DNA from: Octopus vulgaris
Taxonomy: Eukaryota
NCBI GenBank assembly: GCA_951406725.2
Contig: OX597825.1
Location: forward strand, 55,366,001 to 55,430,000
Length of the DNA: 64,000 nucleotides
Reading direction: 5' to 3'
This document shows positions 1 to 14,219 of this stretch, one piece after another. The first letter of the stretch is position 1. Every line of letters begins with the position of its first letter. The position numbers were made by a program, and so were the translations under genes. The notes below the pieces were generated by a model. It saw only the letters and a list, made by a program, of their open reading frames with translations, was not told the origin of the DNA and made no database searches.

Positions 1-901
1 TTGAATGAACATCAGGAAGAACACGGAAATGATAATGTGCAGATTGAAGAGAGATGGGTTTCCAACTCTGTAAAACAAAAATCATAGACTATAAATAAGA
101 AACAAGTTTAACAATCTATAAACAGTTATATTCTAGCAACCAGGATGACAAGGCCCTTTCTAACCCACTCTTAGCATCTGAACTGCCTGAGAACACTTCT
201 TGAGAGTGAATATTTTCACTACACATTTACAGAGGTCAAACCAACAGGAGGGAATCATGGTGGGGGAGTGCTCTGATCAAGCTCAAGGTGTGGCAGTTTC
301 CAATTCATGTGTGGGCCTGCATGAATTGCTTCCCTTATTTTTCTATTATGTTTATTATTGATTGATGTATATATTTATTTGTTTATTTCTTGTTAGTTAT
401 CTGTGTTTATATAACCAATTTTAAATATGTCCTAATATATTGTCTGTATAACATTGTTGCCCTGTACACATTTTTATATAATTATATATGTTTATGTATA
501 TATATATGTATGTATGTATATGTTACATTTACTTACGTCTTTGTACTACCTTTTGTAACATGTTGTTGTGTGTATGAATTGGTCCTGCTGGCAAAATAAA
601 TGAATTATTATTAACATTATTATTACTACTATTTGAATTATTATTGTTATTACTATTAATGTTGTTGCTGTTTTTATTGTTGTTGTTGTTATTGCTGGCT
701 TTTGTGTCTATTGAAATAATGTTTCCAGTAAATTTTATTTCACTTTTCATATTTATTAGTTTTAAACTTTATTTTATTTTACACTTAATTTGCGTATGTT
801 TATCTACCGGTGCGTCTGTATATGTTTGTGTATTTGTGTAAGTGTATGTGTGTATGCATACATCACAATATATAGAATGGCATGCATTTAAGCACAGTCA
901 T

Positions 902-941
<40 letters not shown>

Positions 942-3100
942 GAGAGAGAGAGATACACAAACACAATGTATACACCATACACACATACTCTAACCTCAGT
1001 ACACACCCTGACCTTAACACTCATATACACATCTTACCCTAAAATACACTCATATAAAGACATGTATATATATACATCCTTATCTACATATGTACACACA
1101 CAGTACCTTTAACAGATGCACTCATACACACTAATATACACAAGGGCATACATAGACAATTATAGACTAATACAAACACATACACAAACACATATAGACT
1201 AATATACACAACATACACACATGTATGCACGTGCATACTTTCAGGCACACACACATATCTAACACATACATATGCACACAGAAACTACATCATATGTACA
1301 AAGTAATACATAAAACCTAACACATACATCCAGAGAGACAGACATATATTAAAATAATCACAAAGATACATAGTCTAGCACACACAAACACACACATGAA
1401 CACATATACCCAAACATAAATAAAGCAAGCATAGACACATACTGACTTCCCTACAATACACACACATAAGTGCATACATAACCTGACACATAGAGACACA
1501 TATGGCCTCTCATACATACACACATGTAGGATAGCCCACTTACACGCACATGTATACAAAGACACAATGTCTAACATTCACACACACACACAATGCCTAA
1601 TATACATTCATTCATACACACATACAACCAAATATACACACAGATTAGCAAACTTACGCATACACACACATAATGCCTTACACATATATATATATATATA
1701 TGTATGTATGTATGTATATATATATATACATATACACACACACACACATATGAATTACTCCACACACTCGCACACAGATTCATATAACCTAACACACACA
1801 CACACACACACCCACAGAACATTGTTCCACACAATAAAGCAGCAGCAGTAGCAGCAGCAGTAGTAGTAGCAGCAGCAATAGCAGCAACAGTATTTCATTC
1901 CTTTAGAATATAGCCATCGTTTGCTGTATATTCTTCAATTACAATTACACATCTTTGTGTCAAAGAGATCAATTCTTGCTCCGTTATTGATTCTTGTTCC
2001 GTCTTTTGTTCAAGGAACCCACAAAAATCACTATCGCACCAAACCGTTGTCGTTGTTGTTGTTCTTGTGCCTGTTGTTGTCTTCGTTCTTAACTATTGTT
2101 ACGACATTACGGCTATCATTGTAACACTTTACTCACCATCTCAGACATACCGATATATCTATTCTTTAAACATTATTCCGTTTTTGTTCTTTTATTTTGG
2201 TTTTCATTTTGTCTTGTTTTGTCTTTTTAAAGGGGAGCGGGAAGGTGATGGTAGGAAGAGGGTTAATGCAACTGTTATTAATATTGTTGTTGGTATTGTT
2301 ATATCATTACTATTATTATTATTATTTAGAAGGCAAATAGGCTGTGAGCTGGCAGAGTTGTTAGCAAGCTAGCTCTGAGTGTTCTGAGTTCAAATTCCAC
2401 CCGGGTCAGCCAAAACAAACATTAGTCCATGGTTAATACAAAATAAGGCATGAGTCAAGTATTAGAGTCAACAGGCGGAGTCATGTGGCTTAGTGGTTAG
2501 CATGTTGGACTCATGATCCTAAGATTGTGGGTTTGATTCCTGGACCAGGTGATGTATTGTGTTCTTGAGCAAAGCGCTTCATTACTTTAGTCCACTCATC
2601 AGGGAAAAATGAGCAATTCTGTGAGAGACTAGCGTCACATCCAGGGAGGAATATACAAGCCAGAGAAACTGGGAAACTAGCCTTATACTCCTTACAGAAT
2701 AATGTTGTCTAATCAACTGGAGACAATGAAACTGAGTTGCCTGGCCTCTCTCCACAAAATCACTGGCTGTCTACCAAAATTAGAATGAATTATAAGACAG
2801 CAAACTGGCAGAGTTTGTAAACACATTGGACAAAACACTTACACCTCTCAACATTCTGAGTTCAAATTTTAGAACACACTTGCCCAAGATGACACACACC
2901 CAGGAGCACATGATTCAGTAGCAAGCTTCTTTCCACACAGTCATGCCTGTGCCTACATTATATATATATATATATATAACAATTTAGGAATGGTCTTAAC
3001 AGGCCATTCGTCCACTAGACAGAGCAGCCATAGCTCCAACCGCCAAGTAATGTAATTCGGAAATAGGTGAAAAATTTAAAACGTTTACCCTAATTCATCT

Positions 3101-3178
3101 TTTAGACGATGCATCATTTCTGCGTTTTTAATGAATTAAATTAAGCTAATCTACCATAGGTCACGCTTCGTCAGTAAA
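3101..3178 (-). ncRNA. Type I minimal hammerhead ribozyme (Penelope pLTR-type)
   Basis: Minus strand: TTTA-CTGACGA-A-GCGT...ACGC-A-GAAA-TGATGCATCG-TC-TAAA. Stem I TTTA/TAAA, stem II GCGT/ACGC with a long loop, near-palindromic stem III, GUC cleavage triplet. Lies in a ~250-bp unit flanked by (TA)n. Confidence 0.7.
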
Positions 3179-3218
3179 GAAACCTTTGGTAGAGGCAAAT
3201 ATACATAAATATACAAAA

Positions 3219-3255
<37 letters not shown>

Positions 3256-3329
3256 CGCACACATGTATGAATGTGTGTGCATGTGTGCTTGTATCTACTT
3301 GTCTTATCAGTATGTAATAAAAGTCAGCA

Positions 3330-3735
3330 AGCAGGCATAGCTGTGTAGTAAGAAGCTTGCTTCCCAAACACATGATTCTGAGTTCAGTCCCACAGCGTGA
3401 CACCTTGAACAAGTGTCTTCTCTTATAGCCTCAGGCCATCTAAGGCCTTGTAAGTGGATTTAGTAGATGGAAGCTGAAAGAAGCCTGTCATACATATATA
3501 TGTGCGTATGTGTATCTTTGTGACTGCATTTGTCCCGCACCACCACTTGACAATCTGGTGTTGGCATGTTTATGTCCCCGTAACTTACTGGTTCAGCAAA
3601 AGAGACTAAGAGAATAAGTATGAGACTTAAAAAAAAAAATAAGTACTGAGGTTGATTCATTTGACTAAAAATTCTTCAAGACTGTACCACAGAATGGCCA
3701 CTGTCTAATGTCCTAAACGTGTAAGAGATAAGAAA
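3330..3735 (+). mobile_element. SINE family A
   Basis: Full-length similarity to 57595-58010. Confidence 0.82.
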
Positions 3736-4194
3736 AACATTCCCATCATATTATTTTGCTTGGAATCAGGCCAAGGTCGGCAACAGTCACTACTTGTAGC
3801 TGTAGAAATCTGCCTCAATGAATTCCATCTGACCCTTGCAAACCTGGAAGAGTGGCCATTTAACTCTATGGAGACGAAGCCTCATTTAGAGTTTCAGTGA
3901 CAAGAAGACAGAGACCTTTTCACAACCCCTACAGAGGGCATGTACTTATTTTTCAAAAAAGATGTAAAAAAAAAAAAAAGTAATTGCTTTACATATATAA
4001 AACTATATATATTCTTGTAGGAAACTGAATGAACTAACACAGTCTTCTTCATCATTCAACCTTTTGGCCGATAGATTAGCCCTGCTATCTCCTAAGGGTT
4101 AAAATGATGATGTTGTCAACCACAATGGTGATAAGGAATATCATTTTTATTAAACATGATGAATTGGTAGAAATGATAGATTGCTGAACAATGT

Positions 4195-4640
4195 AGGAGC
4201 AGGCATGGCTGTGTGGTAAGACACTTGCTTCCTAACCACATGGTTCTGGATTCAGTCCCACTGCATGACTCCTTGAGCAAGTGTCTTCAACTATAGCCTC
4301 AAGTCGACCAAAACCTTGTGAGTGGATTAGGTAGATGGAAACTGAAAGAAGCTCATTGTGTCTATATACATATATATATATTGAATATATACATATATAT
4401 ATGTATATGTATCACTATGTATGTGTCTTTCTGTCTGTGATTATTGCCCCATCACTGCTTGACAACTGGTATTTGTTTGTTCATGTCCCTGTAGTTTAGT
4501 GATTTGACAAGAGAGACTGAAAGAATAAGTGCCAACCTTAACAAAAAATAAGTACTGGGGACAATTTATCTGACTAAAAATTCAAGGAGGTACTCCAGCC
4601 TGGCCACAGACTAGTTACCGAAACAAGTAAAAAAAATATA
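4195..4640 (+). mobile_element. SINE family A
   Basis: Head GGCATGGCTGTGTGGTAAG, tail GAAACAAGTAAAA. Confidence 0.82.
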
Positions 4641-6073
4641 AAGTGTATGTACTTAAGCTTGGTATTTAATTATAAGCCTCTAACCCTTTTGCATTCAGAT
4701 TACTTTGTTAAATGTAATTATTAATAATTGACATTGATATGAATTAGTCGTGCATGACTTTGTAGCTTTAAGATTTCGATGATGTGATTTGTTTATTTTT
4801 AGAAAGATATTGTAGGGTAAGTGTGAGAGGCCAGATCTAGCCAGTTTGAACATAAAACAGGTAAATTGTTTTGATCAGATATGGCCAGTTTAAATGCCAA
4901 TTTCAGTCAAAATATATCATTTATCTTTTACTTGTTTCAGTCATTAGAGTCATGCTGGGGAACTTCCTAACTTTGTTTTAATAAATTTTGAAAATAATGA
5001 AGGATTTAATACAATAACTGTCATTATTAAGCTGCTGTTTGGAACATAAATTGATTTCAAATTTTGGCACAAGGCCAACAATTTCAGAGGAGGGGTAAGT
5101 CAATTACATCAATTCCAGTGTTCAACTGCTTCTTATTTTATTGACCCTGAAAGAATGAAAGGCAAAATCAACTTCGGCAGAATTTGAACTCAGAACATTG
5201 AAGATGGACAAAATGTCACTAAGCATTTTTTACCCAGCATGCTACAAGAAATCTCATTCGAAGGTTTGAATTTACAGCGCTTTAAAACAAACATTGTGTC
5301 ACAGAAGCAAAGGTGGTCCCAGACAGGTTGAGAATAAATAGGATTAATTTCTGATTCCAAATCTCACCAAGACTTGGTTGCTATTTCTAATAGGTCAAGC
5401 AGCCACCTACAGTGTCATGTAAGTTTACAGCATGGAAAAGAAAGGAAAAAGCAAAATTAAATAAATAGATAAATCTAATATTTCCTACCAGAATTCGTTA
5501 TCTATTCTCCAACGAAGAAATGTTCTTTGAAAGATATTAAATATCTCCTTACTCTATAACAGAACTATCATAATTCCATTATATTTTTGGCTTTCGCCAT
5601 ATTGACTCTTATTAATGCTACCTTGCACAACTAATCACTTTATATTCTACTGGAAATATTTGATCTATACATACATATATATATATATATATACATATAT
5701 GCACACATCTACATGTATATATATAGAGAGAGTTAATGATGTTGTCTATAGAAATATGAAGTCAAACCAGGAGTTTCAGGAAAACAAATTCATCTGAACA
5801 GCCCAGTTTTCGATTAAAACCCAATTTCAGTTTTTGAACGTGTTACTTTTTCTCCTATGTAATATCTGGAATTTATTATTAATTCATATATCGCATGAAT
5901 ATTTTCAGTGAGTTTCAATTGAATATTTCATATTTCATATCAAATATTTAAATATTCTGCACCAAAATTGAAATCTTAACAAATTCTATACAATACATAT
6001 TTTGAAATAAACCATTTATAGTGATTGTATGTATGTATGTAAATAGATAGACAAATGTGTGCGTGTATGTATG

Positions 6074-6105
<32 letters not shown>

Positions 6106-6130
6106 CATACATACACACACATACATACAT

Positions 6131-6185
<55 letters not shown>

Positions 6186-6244
6186 TTTATATATAAGGAA
6201 TTGGGATGACAAAGGAAATAACCAAATATATTATGAACTTCATT

Positions 6245-6325
6245 AGCTTACAGCTGTTTCTGCTATTAGGTGCAATGCACTCATAGTTGAGTGCTTTAGT
6301 ATCACCCTATAACTTCATCAGAGCT
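6245..6325 (-). ncRNA. Type I minimal hammerhead ribozyme with extended stem II
   Basis: Minus strand: AGCT-CTGATGA-A-GTTATAGGGTG...GCACTCA-acta-TGAGTGC...CACCTAATAGC-A-GAAACAGCTGTA-AGCT. Palindromic stem III ACAGCTGT, GUA triplet. Confidence 0.75.
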
Positions 6326-6534
6326 TCAAACATGAAGCAAAATTTATTTGGGCAAACACATTTATATAAAGGTAAATGTTCATAACATAAAAAATTGTTT
6401 TGTTATTCCAATTTCTTATTACAGCTCTATAAACTGACGCTTTGTACTGAAGCATATGTATATCGAGTTCTAACACCAGGTTATTTGTATCACTATGCCT
6501 AAGCAAACTATCAATAAATATATATATATATATG

Positions 6535-6877
6535 CTGCTGAGACCCCCTTTGGTCATGGCTGACCGTAGGATTGCATCTAGAAATTTATCCTCCCAGGCA
6601 CAAGTCTGGGCAAGGTTGTTTATGGAAGACCAGCAGTCGCCCATGCATACAGGCCTCCCCTCTCCACACCACTGATGTCATCCAAGGGAAAGGCAACAGC
6701 CAATACAGCTTGTCACTTGTGACACCGCAACTCATTCCTACAGCCAAGTGAACTCGAGCAACATGAAATAAAGTGTCTTGCTCAAGAACACAACACGCAG
6801 ACCGGTCCAGAATTCGAACTCACAACCTCACGATCATAAGCTCGACGCTCTAACCACTGAGCCATGCACCTTCGCAG
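6535..6877 (-). mobile_element. tRNA-derived SINE family C
   Basis: Minus head GCGAAGGTGCATGGCTCAGTGGTTAGAGCG...GAGTTCGAATTC, core GTGTTCTTGAGCAAGACACTTTATTTCA. Related copies at ~2470-2700(+), 29160-29430, 32580-32857, 39475-39780, 47030-47315, 59305-59595 (all -). Confidence 0.82.
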
Positions 6878-8984
6878 ATATATATATATATATATACATA
6901 TATAAGACAAGTTATAATAATGGTCATTACATATTTTTCTTTTATTAGAGTACAATTGGCTTACACCTGTTTCTGGTAGTCATTATAGGTACGTTACTGA
7001 TAGGCTTACTCAATTGGTGCCAATAGTGAGGTTATGAAATATTTTGTCCAGATTGTTAATCCCTCACACTCACACACACACACATGGGTATATATACTCT
7101 CATCTTCCATGGGTTGGACAGGTTGGTACAGTCTAAATCAGTATTCATTCAATGTTTCTACCCTCTTAGAATGTGGACTTTATCTCACACATATATTGCT
7201 ATGGTTGGGTACCTTTTTACCACCAATTAATTTACAGATTTACAGAATATATTGAATGTATATCATTATGACATCAGCACTATTGAGGTTGCCTTGTACC
7301 TCATAAAACTAAAAAGTTCTCGCTATTCTATTGTATATTGCCCAGACATTGCTCAGGTAGGTGGAATGTAGAGAGATCTATGGCAGAAGAGCAGGAATGA
7401 GCAAGTAGTAGAAAGTAGAGTGATGGTAGCAAATGAGTGATAGTGATGGTAAGAGTGTGGTAGAGAGAGAGTAATTGATAGTAACAGAGGTGGGCAATGG
7501 CATGATGGAGTGAGAGAAGAGTGTATTGAGCACAAAAAGATTGAATGCAATTCCTATTACACACATGTGGCCTCATGGTGGGAGAGATATGCACAGTAGT
7601 GTGAATAATGGGAATGGTATTGAATACAGATATTTGGTCCAATAATATCGCTTATAGCAGTGAATAAGAGAGGGAGAGAGTATGTGTGTCAGAGTGAGAT
7701 GATAGAGTTATACAGGACACACCCATTTTTCCAAATATACACATTACATAAGGTATCCACTGTAATATATTCAGTTAGCAAATTATAAACTTAATTCTGC
7801 ATCCTTGTGGAGGGAGCTTGCAGAAAAGGAAGAGCCAGAAAGATATGGGATGAAGTGGTGAATGCTGATCTCAGGAATTTGAACCACACATAAGAGATGA
7901 CAAAGGATTCTGAAAACAGCAAATTGTGTATGTGTGCACATTTGGGCCCCTTGCCCAATTTCCTCAAGGCATCCCACCAATTATCATCTCTTTACTTGCA
8001 CTACTTTGCTACAGTAATTAAATGGGAGGAAAACTGTATACTTCACAAGCTTTACATAATGCTATTTGTCTTCTGCAATACTGAAAAACCTTCACTTGAT
8101 ATTCATCCCCCATTTTTAATACTGTCCTTTCCACTTACATTTTACATTGATCACCTTCCTATGCCACCAAATTATCGTTTTTTTTGTTCACCTCAATACA
8201 TCTTGCACTCTTTCCAGCACTGTGCCCGCCTCTCCCCCATACTCTTGCAACTTTATTATATCTCATATCTCTCTCGTGTTTCTCTTGCAACAAGAAACCT
8301 GTTCTGGTCCTTTCTCTCTCACTTTAACCCCTTAACCCATTGCATAAAACTACCTCCCCTCCTACTGTAGTCCTGCTCAGTCAAAGATCTTAGCCTTGTA
8401 AATTGCATGATGACATTATCAGCACTAGTGCAACAGAAAAGTACCCAGTACACACTGTAAAGTTGTTGCTGTTAGCCATAGAAATCCATGCCAATGTATA
8501 CATTGGAGCATGATGCAGTCTCTTGGATAAGTGTCTTCTAATATAGCCTCCATCTGACCAATATAATATGAAAGAAACTGGTAGTTATAAACCAAGCAGA
8601 AGCTCATCGGGTGTTATTATCATCAATGTCAATGTTTTAATGTCTACTTTTCCATGTTGGCATGGGTCAGATGAAATGTTGAAGCAGTTTTTCTATGTCC
8701 AGATGTCCTCCCAATCACCAACGCATCTTTGTTTCCCAGTAGGGTACTATGTCCTTTGAATAATAAACAGCTCAATGGCTAGACAGGGTTTTCTTTTTGC
8801 AACAAATTATGAATAAAGATACTGTAATGTAGACAGTGTCTTAGATTTTATGCAGTACACATATGATATCTAGACAATGCTCTCTCTCTCTCTCACACAC
8901 ACACACACCATACACATATACAATAGACTTTCTATAATTTCTATCATCCAATTCCTCTCACAAAGTAGATGGAACACTGATTTT

Positions 8985-9400
8985 TCAAAGTAGATGGAAC
9001 AAGTGGAAGCGGGACACCCAGGACAACATGGGTGGAAGTGCTGAAGGACAACCTCAGGATGCTGAACATTTCATATGAGATGACAAAGGACCAAGATGCC
9101 TGGTACCTTGCTGTACTTAAGAAGAGCCATACTGCTCAACAGAAGTGTTAAGACTGCATTCTCTGGTAAAGCGAGTTGGCCTACAAGAGTACTGTGTCAC
9201 GTAAAAAACACTCGTGCTGGTGCCATGTAAAAGCACCCAGCACACACTGTAAAGTGGTTGGTGTTAGGAAGGGCATCCAGCCATAGAAAACAAGCCAAAT
9301 CTAACTGGAGCCTGGAGCATCTCTCCAGCTGCCAGCTCTAGTCAAACCATCTAACCCATGCCAGCATGGACAATGGACATTGAATGATGATGATGATGAA
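8985..9400 (+). mobile_element. RTE LINE 3' end
   Basis: GTPRTTWVEVLKDNLR remnant, shared 3' UTR (GGAAGGGCATCCAGC, AACCCATGCCAGCATGG) and (GAT)n tail. Confidence 0.8.
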
Positions 9401-11999
9401 GGCTTCTGTCACCATGACTTTATAGCAGAATCCATCTGCCCCAGTGCTACAGATGTAGCAAACATGAAAGAACATGGAGCTAAGGCAGATTTCTTAACCA
9501 CATAGCCAATACCTGTGTAGACATGTGTGCATGTGTGGGTGTATTTTGTATGTGTTTGTCTGTCTTAACCCTGTCTTAATGTAAAATAATACTGTTCTGT
9601 ATTTATGTCCCATAACATAGCTGTTTGACAAATAGAAATCAATAAACTAAGTACCAGGCTTATAATACTGGGATTGATATGATCATATGATTTATCAAAA
9701 TCCTTCAAGACAGTGCCCCAGCATGGCCGTGTCACAACAACCAAAGAAAAGAAAACTATAAAACAGTTGAATAAAACAGAAAAAAATACATAACTGAGCA
9801 TCTAATACTGCAAAACATTTTAGCATTTTAGTCTGAGATTTTACTGATTCCATCATGGTACCATCTTTGGATCAGTCAGAAATAACAGCAGTAGCAGTTG
9901 CAGCAGCAGTAGTTAGTTGTTGTTGTAGATAAAACTGGTGTCAAATTTAAAGATATTTAACTCTTTGCAGCCATATTGAAATGATACATTCACATGACGT
10001 ACAAATAACCTTTCGATCTCTTGTAATAGCAAACACGCTGCTCTCTTGCTCTTAATAGTAGTTGATGTGTCACATCTCTTAAGTCAATTATGCAAATTTC
10101 CTTCTTGTAGTGATTGATGATTTCACTATTTCTGTCATTAATTCTTAGAGAATTCTGATCTTTCTCTTCATTCCTGATTTTGAAGTTTTGAAGTTCTAGC
10201 TTTTCATGTTTGCTTTTTTTTTCTGCTGTTTTTTTTTGTGTGTGTTTTCCCTTTTATTTTAATTTTAATTTTTTATTTTTGTAAATTTTCTTTTTCTTTC
10301 TGTATTTTACTTGCAATTTATATTCTTTTCTGGTCATATTTGAAAAGTCAAAGCAACATCTTGAAACGGAAGCATAAAAGATTTATTAATACATAGGTAT
10401 GTATTATATATGTGTGAGTATGCATGTTCATGCATGTGTGTGTGTGTTTTCTTTGAGATTTATTTAAATTCTCCATCACAGAATTTAAGCTAGTCACTAT
10501 CAGAGTGACAAGACAATTCCAGGGATTTGTGAATACGCAAGTTAGAGTTCAAATCAGCATACGTGTGGGTGAGTGTATGTGGGCTTATCTTGTTGGTATT
10601 TGCATTTGTGTTTATATCTATACAATGGTTATATATACATATATATATCTTTAGAATATGATTTTGTGCAGGATTTTTATGTATGCATACATGTATGTAT
10701 GGAGATCTACAGGTATGTTTGTGTGTATGAACATATGGGTGTGTATATGCATATGTGTATATGTGTATGTGTGTGCATATAGGCATGCTATTTGTATGCA
10801 TGCATGCATGCATTCTGTATATGTGTGTGTGTGTAGATATGTATGTCTGCTTGTGCATATGAATGCATTTACACATTTGTACGTAGATTTATATGCAAGC
10901 AAGTTTGTGTGTATGAATGTATATATGTTTGTACACATGTTGTGTGTGTGTGTGAGTAAGTGTGTGTGAACATGCATAAATGTAATATACATATTAATGT
11001 CTCTATGCATTATGCTATATTCCTATATACGTTAGCATGCATATATTTCTCCTGAAAGGATCAAATGAAGAATTGTCGGAATGTTCTGCAAATCCTTAGG
11101 GTGGAGCTAATTGATTGGATGTGAAGGATGTGTGGTAGTAGTGATAGCAGTGGTAATGGTGTAGTGGCACTGGCAACAGTGGTGGCTGATACCTGCCAGT
11201 TACAACTAACAAAAATGTCACCATTTTTCTAGTGATGAAGCAGGATTTGAACTCAGAATACAAGTTGAAAGAACAGATATTACAAAGAATCGTGTCTAAT
11301 GTCCTTACAGCTCTGCCCATCCACCACTCAGAACTGGTGATTATTTATTCCCCCCCCCCCCCCAAAAAAAAATATAAGGGGAAGTCGACTTCAGCAGGAT
11401 TTGAACTCAGAGCACAGAGAATCAAAACATTCTACACTGAAGTCTAACCACTCTATCAAATCAGTCTTTTAACCATTTAGCAATTGAACTGGCCATATCT
11501 AGTCCAAATATTCTTGCAGTCTTATGTCACAAAGCAGTCACATCATTAAAGTCCTGAAGCTACGAAGTTATGCATGATTAATTCCAAATGATTTAAATAA
11601 ATGAGTATTACATTTGACTGAGTAATCTGAATATTAATGGGTTAAAGTATATGAATAAGTTTATTCTTTTCTTTCTTAAAGACCTCAGCAATGCCAGGCT
11701 GTTATGTGTACCTGGAAGGATGAAATGTAAAGTTGACCTGATCAGGCTTAGAACTCAAACTGTAATTAGCTGGAACATACTGCAAGCCATTTTGCTTGAT
11801 CTAACATTTCTGTTAATCCACCAATAATGTATGGCAACATCATCATCACCATCATTAACACTTAATGTTCGTTTTCTATACTAGCATTGGTTAGACAGCT
11901 TGACAGGAACTGGCAAAGCCAGGGGCCTCACCAGGTTCTATAGTCTGTTTTGGCTTGGTTTCTACAGGTGGATACCCTTTCTATGCCATTAATCATTAT

Positions 12000-13500
12000 T
12001 TTAAGACATTTGCTACATTCATCAATAGAAATAAGATGCAGATAACAAACCCCTGATTTCCATATTCTTTGTCTGGTCAATAATCTTTCCTTGATTAACT
12101 ACCAAGTATGAACCGTTATAGTAATCAAACTCCATAGCCATATCTCATCAGAATGTTTTGACCAGCTCTGTCTGTTGGTATCATGAAAGCTACCTAAATA
12201 TAAATTTAACTCATCAACAAAAGAGATAAAGGTGACAATCCCTTCATGATCCAAGAAAGCAGCCTTGGTATTTTCTCAACAGGTTGACAAGGCACTCATT
12301 GCCAGGACTACTAGCAGAACTGATTAGTTATCACTCTGGAGTACCCCTGACAATAACTTGATTCTGTTTGAAACTTTAATACTTGCTTCATTTCTTTATA
12401 CTTCATATCTTCTGAGTGAACCATGATGTAGTCAGTCTTTTAATTAGCATTTTGCAGAATAGCTAGAATGTTGGAAAAGCAGTGATGCACTGATCTATGA
12501 GGAGTGGACAGAATGGAATGTCTTCTTATATTATAACTGTACTGTTATTGAAGATCACCAATGCTATTCTCATTTCCTTAAGGACAACTTTGTTGATGAG
12601 AAGTTGCTTGAAATAACTTTAGATTCCCTTCTTCTCATCTGCTTGTTCCTTAGTCACAATGTTGTTTGTTTCACAGTGATCCTAGATAAACACCTCCAAG
12701 TAATCTGTGTAAGTTCACACATAACATTTAAGCATATTACAGACCTTATAATTTTTTGCCGAACATCCAATGCATTTTAAACTGGTTAATGGGGACTTTC
12801 CTTTAGAACATGAGCTTCTCATATGAATATGCACCTATCAAGTCTCTCCCAGGTGATTTTCCATTCAGTAGTTTCAGAACAACTATGCAGAGAATTTCAC
12901 TAGTGATGCTCAACTGCTACAGGTGAGACATTTACATTGTACTCCCTCTGTAGCTTGTTTAACTCCACTACACCACTACTTATTTAGATTCTAGTTTCCC
13001 TGCCTCACAGAGTGATTTCAGATCAATAGGGTGGAGTATTTACATCTTTGAGAATAATGACTTCACATGCAATAATATACAGTTTGAGAGTTTAATAAAA
13101 ACTTTTGGTTCATTAAGCTTCCCCTTCCCACTTCTCTTTTTTGTAATTTTCTATGGCCACAAAGCTTTTAACTTACCACTTGTAGTTCATGTTTAAGGGT
13201 TATTAGTTTATATATGAGTGTCTCCTGTTGACAGTTCCTGTAGATTCTGGATAGTCTATCATGAAGTCATAGCTGACATTTCATGAATTCATTATTCCCT
13301 TTTCATCTCATGATAATATCCAATGTTTTTCTGTCGTCTGTTGATGTTCATTTGAAACAGGTGATCCATTTTGGTTGTGCGTCATCATTTCGATTGATCT
13401 TACTAACTTCCATTTGTAGATGATTGATAATTGATACAAGGAAGACATTCAATATCCAAAAACGTGATGGTTCTATTTATGTGAGGTGACCATAGCAACT
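12000..13500 (-). mobile_element. Highly decayed non-LTR retrotransposon RT region
   Basis: Minus strand near 12140-12190 gives an AF.DT.NR...W..ILMRYG-like RT domain remnant. Many stops and frameshifts. Confidence 0.45.
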
Positions 13501-14219
13501 TGATCAATCATGAATAACATCAAATCAATAGATTTCCTATCAACTTATGTCAGAGAATTGGCAGAGTCATCAGAGCATTGGACAGAATACTTTGTAGTAT
13601 TTCCTCCAACTCTCTGCATTCCGAGTTCAAATTTCAACTCTGTCTTTTTAACCACTTTTTTTTTGGGGGGGGGGGTGACAAAGAAGTTCTAATCGAAGGT
13701 AGTGGATTAGCAGAACTATAAGAATGTTGGAAATGGATGCATTGCAGTATGTGTTCTTTTTCAATGCGTTCTGAGTTCAAATCTTGCTATGTCGTGTTTT
13801 GGTGGTAGACTAAATTCTTTGCATGCTGATAGCACCCTGGCTAACTTAATGAAGGGTACCACCCAGTTGCAAGCATTCAAACCAGATTTCCAATTTCAGG
13901 ATACCTTTGTCCCCCCCTCTATCCCTTCTAGAAGTCTTGGAAGCCCTGTAACTGGTCATGGGTACTGGTGTTCCTTCCTGACTAAATAATAGAAGAAAAA
14001 ATTCTTTCTTTATTTTAATGGTTTGTTGTTACTGTTCTTGTTAAATCGTAACTCAGTTCTAACTCAATAAATTCATATGCAATGGTATTTTGGCCTTCCA
14101 GCAATGAACACACCATCGACAGGAATAATGTACCTAAGATTATATTACTAAATGTTTCTTTCTTTTACTCAAAATGATAGACTAGGATATGCAAGAGATT
14201 GTGTGCATCTGTATATATG

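Noticed and set aside
1-320. Possible LTR-retrotransposon 3' end with polypurine tract GGTGGGGGAG
   Set aside because: Truncated by the window edge; no recognisable protein motif or paired LTR.
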